Source: a virus (lineage: Duplodnaviria; Heunggongvirae; Uroviricota; Caudoviricetes). From it: 64,000 bases of DNA. This document shows positions 9,144 to 17,654 of the stretch, in pieces (the stretch's first letter is position 1; every line of letters begins with the position of its first letter). The notes below the pieces were generated by a model. That model saw only the letters and a program-made list of their open reading frames with translations. It was not told where the DNA came from and searched no databases. The DNA is taken from the IMG/VR virus record IMGVR_UViG_3300021255_003438, positions 13,508 through 77,507 of that record; one strand, given 5' to 3'. A program made the translations under genes and the position numbers.

Positions 9144-9742
9144 ACTCTTTCTGAATTTTCAATAAAATTAGTAAAGCTATTTGCTGTGTCTTCGGCTATA
9201 GCTGGGCTATATTCCTTCATCACTGCGAAATTAACATCAGGCATCGCTTTAACGCCATCTTTCACTGAGTCTGCAAGGCAATAGTCATATGCAAGGCCGC
9301 ATACATTAATGACTTGCGGTTTAATATAGTTGCAAAGGTTTACGATGAGGTCATGAGACTTTTCGTTCTTGAACACAGAATATTCCTCATGCTCTTCATT
9401 AAGACCCTTGGTGACTACAACATAATCAGCCTTAATTTCGTTGAGCGCGTCAAGAATCGGCTGATAGATAGCTGCTCCATGAGAGTGCTGAACACAGTGC
9501 ATTGGCCACATGCCGCCATTATCCTTAAACGAACAATGTGTGATAGGATGCCAATCAGCAGTTAGAATGATTTTTTCGTAATCCTTTCCGTGACCTCTGA
9601 TAAAGTCAGCCAAGTTATTCATTGCTCTCTCTGCACCATTTACAGGGAGTGTTCCACCCTCTAAAAAATCATATTGTGGGTCTACTACTAATAAAATTTT
9701 ACTTGTCATATTATTATTTGTTTTATTTTTCTTATAAATCAA
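9131..9742 (-). CDS. pncA: Nicotinamidase/pyrazinamidase (isochorismatase family)
   Basis: 'ILLVVDPQYDFLEGGTLPV', 'ADWHP', and a catalytic Cys context (NVCGLAYDYC). The start may be the internal Met at 9709. Confidence 0.75.
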   Translation of the reverse strand: MIYKKNKTNNNMTSKILLVVDPQYDFLEGGTLPVNGAERAMNNLADFIRGHGKDYEKIILTADWHPITHCSFKDNGGMWPMHCVQHSHGAAIYQPILDALNEIKADYVVVTKGLNEEHEEYSVFKNEKSHDLIVNLCNYIKPQVINVCGLAYDYCLADSVKDGVKAMPDVNFAVMKEYSPAIAEDTANSFTNFIENSERVWLV

Positions 9743-9983
9743 TAGAGTCTTCAGTTATGTCATAGGTGACACAACTGTTATGATACTTTTTCACAAATAG
9801 GTCGGTGCAATGACCATCTTCCTTTTTAGTGCCCTTAAATGGGCATTTCTTACATAATGTTCCCATGATTTATTCCTTTTTTGCAAATATATAAAAAATA
9901 TATTAAATATAAAAATATATTAATATATAATTTATTTATTTAATATAATTTAATAATATATATTAATTAATTAAGAGTCCAAC

Positions 9984-11381
9984 TCAAGTTGTTAGGCTCT
10001 TAATTTTATTCTCTACGACCTCAAAGCATTCATCTTTCGTAATATTTGGATTTTCGAAATAGGCATCTTTGACTGCCTCAAGCAGAACTCCAATTATCGG
10101 CCCACCTTTTAATTTAAATTCTGCCATAATGTCTTTTCCATTTATAGGCAGTTTGATGTTGGCCATCTTATCAATGTCCTCAAGCTCTTCTATTCTGTTA
10201 AGAAGGTCGTACACTTGTCGTTTTTTCTTGTCGTATGTGGAATGTAGGTTATTGGCGTTCATTAGGTCAACCACTGTTCCGATGTCGTTTCCGCATAGAT
10301 TCATGAACTTTCTGATTTTCTTATCTGGAGGTACTACGCCATCCGCATAGATTTTGAAAATCCTATGATATTCTATAGCAGTTTGTACGCTTTTAATGAT
10401 ATGGTTTGGAAACTTCATCATCTTCAAGTCTGCTGCTGCAATCTCTCCGCTAAAGTTATCAGGATTAACTGTTTTGTCCTTATCCGTTATAACCTTTCCA
10501 ACGTCATGGAATAATGCTGCCAATCTGCTTTCAAGGTATGGCTGCGTTTCGTCCAACACATTCATGGTATGGTCAAATGTTGTTACCATTGGGTTTTTAG
10601 ACTCATACGCAAAGTTAGTGTCGTATATATCAGGCATTACCTTGTTCAGCACGCCACAGTAATACATTTTCCTTATGCCAACGCTAGGCTTGCTGCATAA
10701 CAGAATTTTTGAAATTTCATCACTGATTCGTTCTTGTGATACGATTTCCAACCTATTTACGTTTTTAATCATACCAAGCCATGTGTCCTTATCAATACCC
10801 CATCCTAGACGAGTTGAGAAACGAATGACACGCATAATCCTCAATGGGTCATCATTGAACGTTATATCTGGGTCTGTTGGTGTTCGTATGATTTTAGCAC
10901 AAAGGTCAGAATATCCAGTGCCGTTAAAATCGCACAGTTTATCTTGGCTTATGTTGTAATATAAAGAATTGATTGTTAAATCTCTTCTTTTTGCGTCTTC
11001 TTCTATAGTTCCAAATACAGTCTCTGGATTCCTATTTTCTTTATGATACTGCTCCTTACGAGTCTGCACACATTCTATTTCAATGTCCTTAAACTCTTCG
11101 TGTTTATATAATTGGAATTTAGCAGTACCATAGGTCTCAAATATTACAGGATTTGTTGACGTAACAAAACATTGATGTTTCATCGTCATGTATGTGGAGA
11201 ATAGAAGTCCTCCATTTGGTATGTCAATTACCAAATCCAAATCCTTAATTGGAAGCCCTAAGATGCTGTCACGGACAGAGCCACCGACAACGTATACATG
11301 ATTGTCGAAGTGGGTGAACTTAATCGTTTCCCTTATTAGATTTAGAAGCTTTTTTATTTTCTCGTCCTTGAATATTTCCAT
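9984..11381 (-). CDS. cca: tRNA nucleotidyltransferase (CCA-adding enzyme) with HD domain
   Basis: 465 aa. 'VVGGSVRDSILGLPIKDLDLV' is the PolyA-polymerase head motif. 'LFHDVGK' is the HD motif. Confidence 0.8.
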   Translation of the reverse strand: MEIFKDEKIKKLLNLIRETIKFTHFDNHVYVVGGSVRDSILGLPIKDLDLVIDIPNGGLLFSTYMTMKHQCFVTSTNPVIFETYGTAKFQLYKHEEFKDIEIECVQTRKEQYHKENRNPETVFGTIEEDAKRRDLTINSLYYNISQDKLCDFNGTGYSDLCAKIIRTPTDPDITFNDDPLRIMRVIRFSTRLGWGIDKDTWLGMIKNVNRLEIVSQERISDEISKILLCSKPSVGIRKMYYCGVLNKVMPDIYDTNFAYESKNPMVTTFDHTMNVLDETQPYLESRLAALFHDVGKVITDKDKTVNPDNFSGEIAAADLKMMKFPNHIIKSVQTAIEYHRIFKIYADGVVPPDKKIRKFMNLCGNDIGTVVDLMNANNLHSTYDKKKRQVYDLLNRIEELEDIDKMANIKLPINGKDIMAEFKLKGGPIIGVLLEAVKDAYFENPNITKDECFEVVENKIKSLTT

Positions 11382-11622
11382 TATCGTTTAAAGATTTTAA
11401 TCTGTATTTTTTGAATTCTTCTAACAAACAACACATCCATTTCATGTTTATATTTTTCCAATACTTAACCCCTTCCTCAGTTTTATCCCAAGGAATCGAT
11501 GTGACAGCAAAACTATTGTCGTTAAGAGCATATTTCCTATAATAGTAGCAATATTTTATATAACATCCGTTTTCCTTCAAGAATTTGGAAAACAAAGGTG
11601 TTATTCGCGTTTTTTCTTCCAT
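11320..11622 (-). CDS. Hypothetical protein
   Basis: 100 aa. Overlaps the cca start by about 60 nt. Confidence 0.3.
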   Translation of the reverse strand: MEEKTRITPLFSKFLKENGCYIKYCYYYRKYALNDNSFAVTSIPWDKTEEGVKYWKNINMKWMCCLLEEFKKYRLKSLNDNGNIQGRENKKASKSNKGND

Positions 11623-12632
11623 TATGATACTAACTCTAAAGGATATAAAAATCTAGCCAATTCATGCTCATAGTAAAAAACTAAGTCAGAATCAACAATT
11701 TCTATCCCATTGAGTAATTTATACACTTGAGGGTAATAAGTGGCAGGAACGCCCTTTAAAATGCGTCTATTGGCATTTAAATAATCTTCTTTCTCATATA
11801 CAGTTAATATTGAGCTAGATGCTGCTAATTTAAAATTTCTTGCATAAAGTTTAAACTTGCTTCCTTTGTATTCAATTCCTTCAAATACAATAGATGGTAA
11901 TATTTCGCATTTTTCAAATTCTTTTTCATTACCATTCCATTTAAAAATTATTTCGTCTGAATTTATAGAAAATAAAGTGAGCTTTCCAGCCATTATATAA
12001 TCTCTACTATGTTCTTTTGCGAAAATATTAATTATTCCATTGGTAGAAGATACGATTGACTTTGCAACTTCATTTGTAATCCACTTTTCAAGATTAATTG
12101 TTCTTTTTGGATTGAGTTTACCAAAAATTACTTGTCTTGTGTATTTTGACTGTTTTATATAATCAAGGTCAGTGAATTTTCCAATAAAATTTTCATAAGT
12201 ATTAGCATCGCAAACTATAGCTGGATTTGCATATTTCAACGTTTGGAAGTTTGCTTTTTTCATATCATATGATATAAACAAGCATCCATCTTGTTCGTTT
12301 GTGTATAAATTTTTATTTGAACAAATTGGAACTATATTCTTGACAAATTTTTCATTAGATATGAAATCTTTATATGCTTCAGAATTTGTTATACTTGTAA
12401 TAATATTGTCTCTTACTTGATGATAATATTCAAGAAACTTATTTGGATTTCCATCGAATTTTTCATCAATCATAAATAACAAATTTTCGTATAAGGTTTT
12501 CGCCATATATTCTTCCTCTAGCAGTTCTAATCTATCTTCAAAGTATGGCGACTGCACCACTTGAATGGGCAGACTGAAATCGCTCACAAAGCGGTTTCTG
12601 AGTTGTTTAATTTCTAATGATGTTTCTATCAT
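11622..12632 (-). CDS. Hypothetical protein
   Basis: 336 aa ORF. Confidence 0.45.
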   Translation of the reverse strand: MIETSLEIKQLRNRFVSDFSLPIQVVQSPYFEDRLELLEEEYMAKTLYENLLFMIDEKFDGNPNKFLEYYHQVRDNIITSITNSEAYKDFISNEKFVKNIVPICSNKNLYTNEQDGCLFISYDMKKANFQTLKYANPAIVCDANTYENFIGKFTDLDYIKQSKYTRQVIFGKLNPKRTINLEKWITNEVAKSIVSSTNGIINIFAKEHSRDYIMAGKLTLFSINSDEIIFKWNGNEKEFEKCEILPSIVFEGIEYKGSKFKLYARNFKLAASSSILTVYEKEDYLNANRRILKGVPATYYPQVYKLLNGIEIVDSDLVFYYEHELARFLYPLELVS

Positions 12633-12940
12633 ATGTCGTATTTTTCTTTATATTCTTGATGATACACAAATGACTTCCATTCCTCATTTATTTTATGCCA
12701 AAAATCAAGTTTTTTAAAAAACCCATTTATATTTTTTGGATAACTAATACTTGATACACTAGAAAATGAATGAATCAAGTCACGCATTTGGCAATTGTTG
12801 AAAATGTCATTGACATATATTCTGTGCCTTTTTGCCTCAATCATATAGTTACCAATGAAATCCCCTAACAGTTTTTTCTCTTTCAAGAATTTAACCAATA
12901 TCTGTTTTTTTTTCAGTCCAATTTGATGTAAATCTTCCAT
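12629..12940 (-). CDS. Hypothetical protein
   Basis: 103 aa ORF. Confidence 0.4.
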   Translation of the reverse strand: MEDLHQIGLKKKQILVKFLKEKKLLGDFIGNYMIEAKRHRIYVNDIFNNCQMRDLIHSFSSVSSISYPKNINGFFKKLDFWHKINEEWKSFVYHQEYKEKYDI

Positions 12941-13000
12941 AGTGCAAATATATGAAAAAAACGTGAGATACCAAAATATCCCACGTTAAAGTTTATTAAA

Positions 13001-13771
13001 TCAACCATTATTGATTGAACATTCAAATATTGTGACTAATGCATTTGGGTCTAGGTTCTTTATAAACCTATCATAAAACGTACTGACCCATTCAGTTTCA
13101 CTACCTTCAAAGGTATCTACGTCAACCCACCCATCTTTGTCAACAAAGGCATAGTTCCAATAAGAGGTGCTGTAGTTTACATACTCTTCTTCTGATTTGA
13201 ATTTACGGAAATATGCTTCTTTGTCTTTCATGGCGTTATAGATGGCCTCTTCTTCCGTATTTGAAGGTGTTTTACCTTCCATAACCATTTCCCAAGCAGC
13301 TTTATAGACACTTGCGTTTGTGTGTGTCATTGATTCCCAATCCACTTCACTTACATGAGCAGAATAGGCTTCCATACCATTTTTTAATAGCAATGGCATA
13401 GAGAAATTCCTTCCTACCCTACAAGTGTTGAAATGGGCATTAGGATTTTCAGTTGACAAGGCATCACCATCTTCATTGTAATACATTCCATCTGTAAGCT
13501 GTCTGTAATACTCGAATGAAGATTGTTTTTTAAGCTCTTCTAAGCGTGTTTTAAGCGTTTCTTGTGTGGTTGGTGGTATTCCTATCTTATCAGCTTCATC
13601 AAGCAACTTCTCAAGCGTTTTAATAGATGCTTGCTGATACTTCTTAGCCTCAAGATATTTGTACTTGACATATGGTTCGACTTCATAGTCTGCGCCATAT
13701 TTCTCCATCATTTTCTGTGGCTCTTCTCCTACGGCCATTACAGAAAAAAATCTACTATTCGTCTGTGCCAT
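13001..13771 (-). CDS. Hypothetical protein
   Basis: 256 aa ORF. Confidence 0.45.
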   Translation of the reverse strand: MAQTNSRFFSVMAVGEEPQKMMEKYGADYEVEPYVKYKYLEAKKYQQASIKTLEKLLDEADKIGIPPTTQETLKTRLEELKKQSSFEYYRQLTDGMYYNEDGDALSTENPNAHFNTCRVGRNFSMPLLLKNGMEAYSAHVSEVDWESMTHTNASVYKAAWEMVMEGKTPSNTEEEAIYNAMKDKEAYFRKFKSEEEYVNYSTSYWNYAFVDKDGWVDVDTFEGSETEWVSTFYDRFIKNLDPNALVTIFECSINNG

Positions 13772-13774
13772 ACA

Positions 13775-15154
13775 TTATCTGTTTGGGGTCGTTTCACCTA
13801 GATAGTTCGGCATTTCAAAATGCATTCTAACTGGTTCATATTCAATATGAGGTACTTGAATGTCAGCAGTTATAGTTGCTGCGATTTGGTTTACACCGTT
13901 CAGTGCTGTGTTGTCAATGAAATCCCTATCCATTTGTTGGCCAATTCTGCCACCAAATATATCATCAAGGGAATCATCATCGTCATTTGCCGCACCAACA
14001 GCACCTACTCCTTCCATAGGTTCGCCACCTTCTACTTCTTCCTCACCTATAAGCTCACCGTTCTCTACCTCATCCTCTTCAATGTCAAAGGCGTTTGTCA
14101 TTTCACTTCCTATGCTTTCAATTTTTTTAATAAGCTCATCCGTTACTTCTTTATTGTAGGAAATTTTGGTTGAAGAATCAAAATTTACTCCAAAATTAGC
14201 AGACACGCAATCATTGAAAGAATATGTTTCTTGTTTGCCTAGAGATTGGAACAGAATATCATTCACGATATTGTTGTGATTTGTTTTATATCTTGTGTAA
14301 AACCAAGTATATGGTTTTTTGTTTTTGCTAATAATCTTTTCATACACCTTATCCATGAGTCTTCTTTCATTAAGAATGTCCTCAAGGAGTGACTTGTCTT
14401 TCAAGGCCCAAGAACTCTTATTGAAGGAGTTGGTGCCAGGAAATGCAAACGATGGGCATGTGCTAGACACTATGCAAGCGATGTCATAGTCTTCTAATAT
14501 ACTATCAATCGCTTTTTCGTTGTAAACAAAACTTTCATCTTTCCAATACAGTTTCCTACCGATTCTTTCTTGCTGCGCCTTTTTCCATTCCCTATCCAAT
14601 GAAATGCTTCCGCCCAAACATAGGCAGTTGAATGATTCAAACTTAACTATTGAATAATCAGGTACTGTCTTCACATTTGACAGATTGATTTCTTCATTGT
14701 TGAACAAACTAGGGTTGTCGCTGTTTCCTCTGACAAACAGCACATGACAATTGTTATCACTTAAAACTGTATTGAAATTGTTAAACTTAGAAATGTAGAA
14801 AGATGTGTCTTTACTACCCAAACCACAATTTCCGCATACGATTATAATAGTGTCATTTAAGAAACCACGCATACTTGACATCATCTTTTTAAGCGATGGC
14901 CTAGAATGGTCAAATGCATGAGCGTGCAAACCAAAAGGATTGACAAAAGGGTTATTAAGTTGTTCTCTAAGTCTTTCCTCTTCTTTCCTTTTAAGCCTTT
15001 CTTGTCTTTCAACTTCTTTTGGATGAATTTCTTTTGATACGTTCTGTGTATTAGGCAGTTTTCTTATAACGTTTTCGATGAATTTGTCAAGGCCGTTTTC
15101 TATACTGCCACAAAGCACACAGTTATTAATCGGTTCGTAATCATAAATTTTCAT
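13775..15154 (-). CDS. Hypothetical protein with degenerate calcineurin-like phosphoesterase motifs and an acidic C-terminus. Start adjusted.
   Basis: 'IIIVCGNCG' and 'FVRGNSDNP' weakly resemble metallophosphoesterase motifs GDxHG and GNH[DE]. The ORF track gives 13775..15352, but a promoter at 15197-15228 lies inside, so the Met at 15154 (MKIYDYEP) is the likely start. Confidence 0.35.
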   Translation of the reverse strand: MKIYDYEPINNCVLCGSIENGLDKFIENVIRKLPNTQNVSKEIHPKEVERQERLKRKEEERLREQLNNPFVNPFGLHAHAFDHSRPSLKKMMSSMRGFLNDTIIIVCGNCGLGSKDTSFYISKFNNFNTVLSDNNCHVLFVRGNSDNPSLFNNEEINLSNVKTVPDYSIVKFESFNCLCLGGSISLDREWKKAQQERIGRKLYWKDESFVYNEKAIDSILEDYDIACIVSSTCPSFAFPGTNSFNKSSWALKDKSLLEDILNERRLMDKVYEKIISKNKKPYTWFYTRYKTNHNNIVNDILFQSLGKQETYSFNDCVSANFGVNFDSSTKISYNKEVTDELIKKIESIGSEMTNAFDIEEDEVENGELIGEEEVEGGEPMEGVGAVGAANDDDDSLDDIFGGRIGQQMDRDFIDNTALNGVNQIAATITADIQVPHIEYEPVRMHFEMPNYLGETTPNR

Positions 15155-15196
15155 ACTTGTTAGGTTTTTTAAAAATTCGACATATATTTCTTTTTG

Positions 15197-15228
15197 CAAA
15201 GATATGTTTTTTTTTCTTAATTTCCAAA
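15197..15228 (-). promoter_or_regulatory. Bacteroidetes-type promoter
   Basis: caaagata at 15197-15204 and ccaaa at 15224-15228, spacer 19 nt. Confidence 0.5.
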
Positions 15229-15290
15229 ATTTGAACAATAAAAAAATGAGTGATACTTTCAAAATAGCACCACTCATTTCTGTATGTAGT

Positions 15291-17333
15291 TTACATTGCT
15301 CTAGTAAGCTCGTATTCCAATGAGTCCTCCGTCTCAACCTCAACGTTGTCATTGAAGATGTCTTTGTTAGGTTTGATATACTCCTTAAGGTCTATCTTAC
15401 AAGACTTTGCGAGTTTCTTGTCCTCTTCCCTAACCTTAAGGTCAGGTCTCTGACCAATAATCTTCAATGCCTCAAGGTTGTTATTCACGATGCACTGTCC
15501 AAGTGCAGCGCAACCAAAATCATTAACGTTGTTGACGTTGACGTTCTTCTTTGCTGCAAGAACCTTCACAACCCACACTTGGCTTGGGAATTCACATGCC
15601 ACGTTAATAGCCGTATCGTGGTTAAGGTCAAGCGTATTGAAGTCGAATGTCTTGCTAGAAAGAACTGACTTAATCATGGTAGTAAGCAGTTTGTTGTCCT
15701 CCTTAGAAGTGACAATTTCATCACTGCCGTGCAGATAAAGAAGTGACTCAAGAAGTGTCTCGCCAAAGCCGTCTTCAATCTTAGAGTTGAACTTAGGATG
15801 GTTCACAATAGCATCGAAAAGCTTATACATCTTGTTGTTGATGGCAGAGAACACAGGAACTCTTGTGTTAAATTCATAGTTAACGTCAATGTTGTTACCC
15901 TCTTTATTAATAAGCTCAATTGCACCAAGCTCATCGTTCTCGTCAATCAGCTTGTGTAGCAAGATGGATGGGTCAATAGCCTCACGGTTCAGATATGCGT
16001 CACTTGAAATGCCAATCTTTGACAGATAGCCTTGCTTGGTCAAGTCTGCGCCGAATGTTTCAGTCGCACGAACCAAAGATAGTGCACCATATTGGTCTTT
16101 GCGGTACTGCATTGCAATCATGGACATGTCATCGTTGTAGTTGAGGTTGAAGTCCATAAAGAGATACAACTTATTATTGGTATCCACAGAGAAGTTTCCA
16201 CTCTTGATGAAACTGTGACCCACAAGCTTGTCAAATCCATTCTTGTTAAGGATGTTGATAATCAAACGGCCATCACCCTCGTATGCAATTGCATAGTTTG
16301 ATGGTTCTTTCTTTACCATTTCAAGAATGGATGCAATAGTCCAAGTGAAACCAATGTTCCTAGGCAGACGCATGAACTTGCTGGCCTTAACGCCAATCTT
16401 TGCAAGAAGCTTGTGGATGTTAAGAGTTTCACTACCTTGCTTGAAATCTTCCATCATGTCCTTGTTGTCACAAGTCTGAGCAATGATAATTCCACTACCA
16501 CCCTCAACTGTGAATCCAACGTGTGCGAAACAGTCAGTTTCCTTACGGCTGAAATCAAACAAGAAGTATTGGTCACGCTTGCCATCGTAACGTGTCACAT
16601 AATCTGAAAAGAAATGTGCCTCACGAGTAATGCACCACTGTGTACGGCCGCTGCCACAAAGCTTGTGGCTAGAATCGAATGACGGAACGCGAATAATAAC
16701 AACAGACCCTTCGTTGTACACGATTTCACAATCGCTAGCATTATGCTCAAGGTAACAAAGCATATCTTCCTTATCCCATTCATATGTCTCTTCAAGACAG
16801 CTATTGATTGCTGCTAGCAAAGAGTCAGCAGTTTTCAGTGCAGAGCAAGTGCTATAGAACTTGTTCTTGCGACCCATAGGCTTTTTATTGAAGAGTTTGA
16901 ATACATTGTACCATTTCTTAATCGTGGCATCGCTGTAAGCTTCGAGAGCCGTATATTCCTTATCAAGGAGTGCCTTGGTAAGAATCTTCCTTTGGTCAGT
17001 GTTAAAGTGCGAAATGATGTTCTTGATGAATGCCAATCTGTCAAGTCCTTCCATTTCCTTTTTCAACTGAGCAATACCTGATTTATTAGAGTAGGACACA
17101 ATGTTCTTTTTCGCAAGCTTACTGATGAGGTTCTGATTTTCAACAATCCAATCGTGAATCTGCTGTAAGTCCTCAAAAGTTAATGACTGCGAGAAAATCA
17201 TCTTAACAGCCCAATTTTGATAGTTGGTCTGTCCATCGAACATTTCTACTACGCTAATAAACAATTTGTTAGTCTCTGGATTGATTTGATACTTATCAAT
17301 CAAGGGCTGCATCTGTTTTTTGTTGTAAGTCAT
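15291..17333 (-). CDS. Large ankyrin-repeat protein with an N-terminal domain paralogous to 17655..20174
   Basis: 680 aa. The C-terminus has ANK-like repeats (G.TLLESLL..., HDTAINVACEF...NDFGCAALGQC). 'TQWCITREAHFFSDYV...QYFLFDFS...HVGFT' aligns with 'TNWCISKNKSYWNNYI...QYMIFDFS...IVGFT' in the next gene. Confidence 0.5.
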   Translation of the reverse strand: MTYNKKQMQPLIDKYQINPETNKLFISVVEMFDGQTNYQNWAVKMIFSQSLTFEDLQQIHDWIVENQNLISKLAKKNIVSYSNKSGIAQLKKEMEGLDRLAFIKNIISHFNTDQRKILTKALLDKEYTALEAYSDATIKKWYNVFKLFNKKPMGRKNKFYSTCSALKTADSLLAAINSCLEETYEWDKEDMLCYLEHNASDCEIVYNEGSVVIIRVPSFDSSHKLCGSGRTQWCITREAHFFSDYVTRYDGKRDQYFLFDFSRKETDCFAHVGFTVEGGSGIIIAQTCDNKDMMEDFKQGSETLNIHKLLAKIGVKASKFMRLPRNIGFTWTIASILEMVKKEPSNYAIAYEGDGRLIINILNKNGFDKLVGHSFIKSGNFSVDTNNKLYLFMDFNLNYNDDMSMIAMQYRKDQYGALSLVRATETFGADLTKQGYLSKIGISSDAYLNREAIDPSILLHKLIDENDELGAIELINKEGNNIDVNYEFNTRVPVFSAINNKMYKLFDAIVNHPKFNSKIEDGFGETLLESLLYLHGSDEIVTSKEDNKLLTTMIKSVLSSKTFDFNTLDLNHDTAINVACEFPSQVWVVKVLAAKKNVNVNNVNDFGCAALGQCIVNNNLEALKIIGQRPDLKVREEDKKLAKSCKIDLKEYIKPNKDIFNDNVEVETEDSLEYELTRAM

Positions 17334-17368
17334 TGATTATTTAATTTATGTTATTCAACTTTTTTGTG

Positions 17369-17399
17369 CAAATATATAGTTAATTTTCAAAAATGCAAA
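17369..17399 (-). promoter_or_regulatory. Bacteroidetes-type promoter
   Basis: caaatata at 17369-17376 and caaa at 17396-17399, spacer 19 nt. Confidence 0.5.
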
Positions 17400-17418
17400 G
17401 TTTTTCGTGTTAATAAAA

Positions 17419-17604
17419 CTAAAAACATGAAAAATATATTGTCCAAGCTATTATAATGACCATCATCATAATGAAGGAATATATCGCACTACTCTTTGTT
17501 TCGTCTTCACTAAATGCAATTACTCTTACTGCTTTGCTGAATTTATCGTTTATGAAAAACACTGTAAATGCAATTGCAATAAATAAAACTAAGGCTTTTA
17601 TCAT
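17419..17604 (-). CDS. Small membrane protein
   Basis: 61 aa with two hydrophobic helices. Confidence 0.3.
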   Translation of the reverse strand: MIKALVLFIAIAFTVFFINDKFSKAVRVIAFSEDETKSSAIYSFIMMMVIIIAWTIYFSCF

Positions 17605-17654
17605 TTTATGTCTAATATTATGTGGTGTGCCTTAACGGCACACCACTTATTATT

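Noticed and set aside
13775-15154. Confident call of a polynucleotide kinase-phosphatase-type healing enzyme
   Set aside because: The metallophosphoesterase motifs are degenerate (GNCG instead of GDxHG; GNSD instead of GNHE). No P-loop kinase motif is present. Kept as a low-confidence phosphoesterase-like protein.
17622-17648. Hairpin TGTGGTGTGCC-TTAAC-GGCACACCACA as a minus-strand terminator for gene 17655..20174
   Set aside because: The T-tract follows the hairpin on the plus strand, not the minus strand. It may terminate antisense or plus transcripts. Not called.
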